DNA from: Kipferlia bialata
Taxonomy: Eukaryota
Direction of reading: 5' to 3'
Assembly (NCBI GenBank): GCA_003568945.1
Contig: BDIP01000078.1
Span: forward strand, 1-33,204
DNA: 33,204 nt
Each line of letters opens with the position of its first letter. Position 1 is the first letter of the stretch. Shown here piece after piece: positions 26,559 to 33,204 of this stretch. The translations under genes were made by a program, and so were the position numbers. Below the pieces are notes generated by a model that saw only the letters and a program-made list of their open reading frames with translations, made no database searches and was not told the DNA's origin.

Positions 26559-28835
26559 TGGTGTTGGTGGCTATACTAGGGGACAGTCTAGGAAACATAG
26601 GTACATACTATATATATACTCATCATATACTATATGTATGTGTGTATATACATGAAGGCTGGACCCAGTGGCATCGGTGGCTGTGTTTGGGGATTTATTA
26701 GGCCCTGTAGGTATGATATCTTCTGTATATATTCTAGAAAGATGCAGCAGTGGATGTACTAGGGGACGGGCCAGGGTATATATGTACATATTCGTATACA
26801 TACTGATACAATAATAGTTACACACTCATCATAGCATCCACCTCCCGTGATCTGTTTGTGTCCAACAGCATATCCTTTAACAGTATATATTAATATATGC
26901 ATATATATGTATATATATGCAAATGGTATCAGTCGTATATACATATCCATCTAAGAACAGGTTCCACCTCCCGTGCTCTGTTTGTGTCCAACAACTCCAG
27001 CCCCAGACTGGTGCCACACCACACAGAGATGGGAGGTATTTATCATATACATAACAGTGTCTATAATATATTATATATATAGTATGAGTATAGTCTATTA
27101 CGTGTACCTATTGTATACAAAGCCCAGACTGGTGACACACCACATAGAGATGGGAGGTATGGATACGATCTTCACAATTGCACGTATAGTAGTAGTAACA
27201 CAGCCATATTCATTTCACACAGTGTATTCTTAACCTCAGAAGATACCCGGTATGTCCATAGTTGGTGTATATAGTACATAATATATATTGTTAATATACA
27301 TTATATAATATGTATTCTTAGCATCTAAGTTCAGGTGATACTTCTGATCTAATGGGTGTGTCCATACTTGGTGGGCCCCTGCTAGTACCTGAGGTGTACA
27401 TGGGTGATGGGGTGCACACACCCCACACGCACTGTAAGGGATGGTGCGTCATTGTTAGTGCTGTATGTATAGTACTTTACATATGTATATATATGTGTGT
27501 GTGTATGTGGGTGATGGGGTGCATACACCCCACACGCATTGTAAGGGATGGTACGTGACTGCATGTATGACATTTTCTTACCATATCATACCATATGTAT
27601 ATATACGTGTATACGTTGCATGCCATCACTCTTCTTGACCCCCAGGCTGTATGTCCCTGGGCGTGGCAAGTTGTGTTTGGGCAAGGGTAGGGATACATAT
27701 ACACTAGTATATGAATCTCTGGGTGTTTATGGATATGATGTTAGTAGCATTATCTATCTCTCTCTCTCTCTTTTCATGTTTGTGTTCGTGTTCACGGTTG
27801 ATGACACTATACACCCACTACACTATAACACCCACACTCTTTCTCTCCAGGTGTATATTCATACTCACTGTAGGCACTGCCGATGACATGCACACACTGC
27901 TGAGGAGGGCACTCAGGAACCCACAGGTGGGGATGATGTATATAAGTATTATTAGACATATGTACTAACCCCAGCCCCACATGTTGAACCCATGCTTCGG
28001 AACTGAAAATTGCCATTTTTCCATTCATATATATATACTTTTTGCCATCGATATATACTTTTTACCATCGATATATATAATATTTACCATCAAGATATAC
28101 CTATCCATCGATATAGGTGTATTCATTACATATATACATAATTGTGTGTATCCTGTACGTCTTTTACCCCCAGACCTCCCATGCCTCTGAGCTGACCATG
28201 CTCATACACATCTAATCCCATCCATCTATATACCTAATATATCCATACATATACATATATATATATTTGTATATATGCCACTACATTGACTCTAGACCCC
28301 CCATGCCTCTGAGCTGACCTTGCTCCATAGCTCTAGACACAGGGACAGAGACGGGCAGGGGGTGATAGGTACGATTATACATATATATATATATGTGTAT
28401 ATATATATGTGTGTGTCTGTGTGTGTGTGTGTGAGTGTGTGTGTATATATTTACACTGATACATGTATGTGTGATATGAATTGTACTGGTACACACAGGG
28501 AAAGAGATAGGTATGAAGAGCAAGAGAAAGAGATTGTATTACAATGTTCATTTTGATGACAATATCAACTTCACATATATGAGTAGTTGGAGAAATGGCG
28601 TGATGAATACAATAGTATGTATGCATTGAATATATATGAATGTCCTTAGTCTAATGGCAGGTGCCGAGACAGGGATACACTGGGGAGAGCCTGTGCCTCT
28701 GAGTCAGGTATATACTAGATATATTGTATATTGTTGTGTTGCAAAGAAACAGGAACAATTCTTTCATACAATTCCACTGTCTCTTTTGCCTTTACGGTAC
28801 TTCACTGATTGATCATCCATCTAGCATCTGCAATA

Positions 28836-28887
<52 letters not shown>

Positions 28888-31800
28888 CACCCCCAGGACC
28901 CCAAGGGAGAGGGATCGGCCATCCACATTGCACACAAGACATCGACTAGGTACACATGTGTGTATACAATGTAGATACCTAAATATATATATACATACCT
29001 ATGAATATATATAAATATATCTATATATATAAATACCAAGTATGTATAATTATAATATATATATACTTAAAATATAAATATAATACTTATCTCATCCACA
29101 TTGCACACAAGACAATAACTATGTACATGTGTGTGTATGAATTCCCATATTCATATACAACTACTGACATAGAAACGCTGCAGAACTGTTATTCTGGACG
29201 CCTTCAGATATATACCTCATTTATACTCATTATGTTTCCTCTCCTGTTATATGTATATATATGTATCCTCCCTATATGTACTTACCCATTAAATAGGATC
29301 CTGCTCATACATACTTACTGACTACAGAATACTGCTCTCTGGCACCCTGGACCCCTTCAGTGAGTGTGCACCCAGGGACATGCAGGGCATCATGCTGTTG
29401 CAGGTATATCAGTAGTGACTACATGTATGTATGTATATATGTGTATATATGTATATACTGTATATATGATGGGTGCACCCAAGGACATGCAGGGCATCAT
29501 GCTGTTGCAGGTGTGTAAGTGAATATATACTGAGTGTTAAATATGTATATATATGCATTTACTCTACATGAGGTTGTGGAGTGTGCACCCAAGGACATGC
29601 AGGGAATCCTGTTATTACAGGTATATGTATTCTTATATACAGGTTTAGTATAGTATTATTAATTATAGATAGTTCAGGCTACTGCATGTGTGCTATGCTT
29701 CATATAGGTTGGTTAGCAAGTATGCATGCAGAAAAAGTCCCTGAACCTCCCTCTCTCTCTCTCTTAATCCCTCTCAACATCCAAAGTGCCTACCTCTGCA
29801 CAATATGTGTCCTTCTTCTCTCATTATATCCTTTTCCGTCCCTCTCTCTCTCTCTCCCCCTCTACACCCTTATTCTCCAGACCCTCGGCATGTCCTTCGA
29901 TGTCAGCATAGTCAGTGCATACCTCAAGGTATAGTGTGTCATGAATGCGTAAATTTGCATATATATGTATATATATATAGTAAATAGAATTTAGTTATTT
30001 GTTATGTGTGTCAGCATAGTCAGTGCATACCTCAAGGTATAGTGTGTTACTCACAGTATGTATTTGTATTACTTCTATATTCTACTATATGTGTCAGCAT
30101 AGTGAATCAAGATGAGCATCCCTTAAGGTAAGTGGCATGTCTGTCTCTCTCTGTCTCAGTGTATATACACGTACACACACATATACACAAGCATATATCT
30201 TACTCTAGGAGCCCCTCCGCATCCCCTATCTCTCTGGCTCTCCGTCTCTCTCTCTCTCTCTCTCTCTCTATGCGTATATATATATATATATATATGTACG
30301 CATGTTTCTCATTCTAGGAGCCCCTCCCCATCCCCTATCTCTACCGGTCTGTGCCTCTGTCGAGTCCCACATTCAACCCAAGAGGTATGTATATATATAG
30401 TAGGTAAATTGTACGTTATTATACTATTATTGTACGTTATTATACTATATATTTATTGGTCTGTGCTTCTGTCCAGCCCCACATTCAACCTCAACCCTGA
30501 GGGTATGTGTATATATATTTGTACATCAACTTCATTTACCTTCTAAGCATTCAATATATATGTGCTACGTATTCTTTACGGTCTGTGCCTCTGTCCAGTC
30601 CAACATTCACCAAGGTGTGTGGATGTTGTCTTATAGTGCTAAATATAACACATACATGGAGATAGGGTTGTATATATAGACGAATGGATACCCAGCTACT
30701 GATACTGACACCGACTTATACCTACTGTATATGGATAAATGGTATACATGTGTTGTTCATTGTACTCATGTCTAACCCTTAGGCATGCTCGAGGTCCCAG
30801 CCGTTGCCATCAGGGACATGCCCTTGAGAACATGGTTCAGGTATACATATGTATACAATAGTACTCCCGTTGTCACTAGGCAAATAGGGTACTCCTTTGT
30901 AAATGCATACATACTGGTAATGTATTATCTTTCACGGACATGTCCCTCAGAACATGGTTCAGGTATTTATTATACATATATATATGTATATATATATGTG
31001 TGTGTGTGTGTATACATAGTATATATATACTATGCATACTATATTGATAGTCTGTTAATCAGAGACATGCCCTTGAGAACATGGTTCAGGTCCATTATAT
31101 AATACATGTATATATTTATGTGTATACACAATTTATATATATACCTGTATTTGCTTAGTATATTCTGTACTATCTACTACGGGGATAGTGTGTCTATCAG
31201 GGACATTCCCCTCAGAACATGGTTCAGGTATGGTATAATGCATATGATGCAGAAAGGACAAACTGTCATGTATCACTTTCACCCTCTCTTTCTACACCCT
31301 CATTCCAGGGTGACCCCCGATGCCCCACAGGGGGCACTCATGGTCAGAGAGGTACGGGATAATGTATGTATATACATATAGGCATATGTCAGATGTCAGG
31401 GGGAAATGATATAGTTGTGGATCTGTCTTGGTAGTGACACTGACACTGGTGTACTATTTTACTTCTATTAACCCTCCAGCTTGGCAGCACTGTGCACAAC
31501 GGTATGGTGGCCAGACAGTATGGCATTGATGATGTGCTCCCAGGGTCAGCACCGGCCATTGTATTCAAGGTATGGTATACATATAAATATATATATAACT
31601 GATTGATTGATTGTTCACACATTGTTCTTCTGACCTCTTTGGTCAATCTAGTACAAGACACATGTTTGACTATCTAACCCCCTAGGTCAATCTAGTACTA
31701 GACACATACACATATATAAGTATATATAAGTAAGTATATATAAGTAAGTATATATATATATATATATATATATAAGTATAAGAGTATATATCTAACCCCC

Positions 31801-32861
31801 CAGGCCAGTCTTGTCCTGGAGGGTGCCCTCACTGGGACACACTCCACCACAGTCAGTGTCAACACACACACCATGCCATCTAGACCCTTAGAGTCTGTTG
31901 GACCCTTAAGTTCTACTGAACCCTCACCTGTTATCCACGCATCCCCTCTTCTCTCCCACCAGTCGGACACCTTCTATGCACAGGTAGGAGGGTATACATA
32001 CATTCATTCATATATGATGATGTATTGGAACAAACTATGAATCTTGGCTGTGAAGGTATGTGTACACCCTCCGAGTTGATTTTGGACCCCATATTTACAC
32101 AGATAGAGTGTAGTAGTAATGAAATACGGTACAGGATCATACAAACTATCTGATTGTTTATCGGATTCACTATTCAAATACTTACCAATCGATATCGATA
32201 TATCGATATATACTCCATGCATATAACGTGTTGGGTATTCTAAATATGCCCTCTGACCTCCAGCACATACTGCCCAGTCCCTGTCTGTATACAGTGTCAG
32301 TAGGGGACGTTTCAGACGTCTCAGACGTCTCAGACACCCCTAACGCGGCACTCTACTCTGTCTCTCTCTCCCCTTCGGATAGAGTGGCCATTGCCACGCA
32401 CTCCTTAGTAAGTCCATACAGAGTGAGGAGAGGGGTACTGACAAGTGGTTCGGACGTTCCAGACGTCTCAGACGTCTCAGACGTTCCAGACGCCACAGAA
32501 GAATCAGACTCGGATGACACTATCCACCTCTTCATGTATGTAGCTGGGTATCTCGATACATGTGTTCTATACAATGCAGCTGTCTTATTGTCTCCCTCTA
32601 TTCATATGCCTGCATTGAGTCAATAGCTGTATCCCTATCTAGACAACCACTGCATATACTCAATTATATACATAGATATTCATACATATATATTTACACT
32701 CTGACCCCCTAGGTGTGTCGCTGGAACCCCCTATGAGAATCTCTCTCTATATATATATATTCTCTTTGTTATATATATACTTTCTGACCCCCCAGGTGTG
32801 TTGCTGGGTCCCCCTATGAGACCCTGTCCATATCAAGCCTGGTGTCCCTTAGAGACTATAG
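14927..32861 (+). CDS. UGGT: UDP-glucose:glycoprotein glucosyltransferase-like, 42 exons, incomplete at both ends. Exons: 14927-14970, 15364-15410, 15667-15720, 16021-16060, 16405-16511, 17386-17476, 17727-17798, 18356-18429, 18666-18732, 19110-19229, 19726-19789, 20249-20303, 20718-20759, 20961-21030, 21533-21602, 21765-21810, 22107-22194, 22615-22702, 22986-23072, 23347-23384, 23430-23501, 24272-24356, 24831-24891, 25455-25542, 25930-26050, 26394-26502, 26961-27035, 27335-27443, 27646-27686, 27874-27926, 28296-28368, 28661-28707, 28897-28949, 29328-29403, 29881-29928, 30318-30384, 30783-30840, 31309-31351, 31480-31569, 31804-31983, 32264-32535, 32796-~32861
   Basis: All exons join in one open frame. 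Segments collinear with recalled UGGT motifs: LAALAHRVYAPHV, LPTLSDVISNMP (cf. ISQNFP), LTLGGIQID...DPLALL, AIQWLNDV (cf. IxWLNDLE), PYTRNNVYHLV (cf. YIRKNLFHAV), VFVGDL, GTLDPFSECA (cf. VIDPLSE), EPLPIPYLYR (cf. LPLKSFYR), LVLEG, DTIHLFMCVAGSPYE (cf. INIFSVASGHLYE, start of the GT24 domain). Confidence 0.82.
15051..15094 (+). repeat. intronic echo of UGGT exon 14927-14970 3' end plus donor
   Basis: GTCATTCTGCACTTCCTGGACAAGTCATACCTCAG|GTACAGTCA vs GCCATTCTGTACTTCCTGGACAAGTCATACCTCAG|GTACAGTCA. Confidence 0.9.
16638..16777 (+). repeat. two echoes of exon 16405-16511 3' end plus donor
   Basis: GAGGACAGAGACTCTCTGCCTCAAG|GT and GAGGACAGGGACTCTCTCCCTCAGG|GT vs GAGGACAGGGACTCTTTGCCGCAAG|GT. Confidence 0.9.
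16931..17350 (+). repeat. four upstream echoes of the start of exon 17386-17476
   Basis: Repeated ACAC(T)...CCTTGTCCTGCACATGGG at ~110-130 nt spacing; the farthest copy is the most degenerate. Confidence 0.88.
18002..18021. other. assembly gap (N)
   Basis: 20 N with identical flanks on both sides. Confidence 0.99.
19306..19378 (+). repeat. echo of exon 19110-19229 3' half plus GTGAGT donor
   Basis: Translates DLDGMLLRARIITETLHSNTK vs exon DLDGMLLRARIITDTLHTNTK. Confidence 0.92.
20149..20207. other. assembly gap (N)
   Basis: 59 N. Confidence 0.99.
22239..22518 (+). repeat. three echoes of exon 22107-22194 3' end plus donor
   Basis: ATATCGGCACAGGA(G/A)CC...|GTA repeated three times downstream of the exon. 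Confidence 0.9.
23786..24312 (+). repeat. ~120-nt tandem array, 5 units, each holding an acceptor plus the start of exon 24272-24356
   Basis: YAG...CCCTGACC(A/G)TCACCCTCAAYG(G/T)AGAG at ~23793, 23918, 24031, 24157 and 24272. Confidence 0.92.
26557..26782 (+). repeat. three echoes of exon 26394-26502 3' end plus donor
   Basis: GTGG(C/A)T...GGGGA...|GTA copies, increasingly degenerate with distance. Confidence 0.85.
28839..28887. repeat. (GATT)n microsatellite directly before an acceptor
   Basis: About 12 GATT units followed by CACCCCCAG. Confidence 0.9.
30935..31233 (+). repeat. three echoes of exon 30783-30840 3' end plus donor
   Basis: GACAT...AGAACATGGTTCAG|GT ending at ~30962, 31089 and 31227. 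Confidence 0.92.
32306..32491 (+). repeat. two blocks of 9-nt coding repeats (DVS/DVP)n in exon 32264-32535
   Basis: GACGT(C/T)(T/C)CA units at 32306-32335 and 32453-32491. Confidence 0.85.
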
Positions 32862-33149
32862 GCATGTATATGAACACACTCATATATACACAAGGATATA
32901 TATACACATATATATCTACATGTGTATATGTTCTCCCCATGAGACCCTGTCCATATCCAGCCTGGTGTCCCTCAGGGACTATAGGCATGTATATATTGAC
33001 ATTTGTACATGTGTATATGTTCTCCATGTTAGACCACTTCATATACCATGTCATCTCCCACGCTCTTGAACTCTCTACCACACTCTTTCGCTTCTAGTGT
33101 TCTATCTAACACTTGTGACCGCCCCCTGCTACCTGCACTATATTGCGTC

Positions 33150-33204
<55 letters not shown>

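Noticed and set aside
14927..32990. Mutually exclusive exon clusters (Dscam-like)
   Set aside because: Echoes are partial and carry only one splice site each; none has both acceptor and donor around a complete exon copy
14927..32990. Ciliate-type IES/pointer gene scrambling
   Set aside because: Exons are in order, in the standard genetic code, and bounded by canonical spliceosomal sites, so no DNA unscrambling is needed
15000..33204. Many 60-160 aa ORFs rich in Y/I/C/V/H in the ORF track
   Set aside because: They are translations of TA/TG/CT microsatellite-rich introns; the real coding content is short spliced exons

Overview
Intron-rich eukaryotic genomic DNA. Short exons, GT(A/G)TGT-type donors and branch-point-fused YTNACCC(C)YAG acceptors suggest a fornicate/metamonad such as Kipferlia (inference). 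The left half (1-14.7 kb) holds six genes: a partial hypothetical gene, NAC-beta/BTF3, a Pro/Ser-rich protein, the last two exons of an archaeal-type prolyl-tRNA synthetase, a ~32-exon LRR protein and a coiled-coil/Ig-like/SPRY protein. The right half (14.9-33.2 kb) is one + strand UDP-glucose:glycoprotein glucosyltransferase (UGGT)-like gene, hand-assembled here from 42 phase-compatible exons and incomplete at both ends. The striking feature is inside its TA-rich introns. Most exons are 'echoed' at one or both boundaries by 1-4 partial copies: exon end plus donor repeated downstream, acceptor plus exon start repeated upstream. Many echoes differ from the real exon mostly at synonymous positions, although they cannot be spliced in as ordinary exons. 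Two pairs of head-to-head genes lack 5' ends and meet at poly-G runs; misassembly is the likeliest cause, trans-splicing is not excluded. All homology calls rest on recalled motifs, not database searches.
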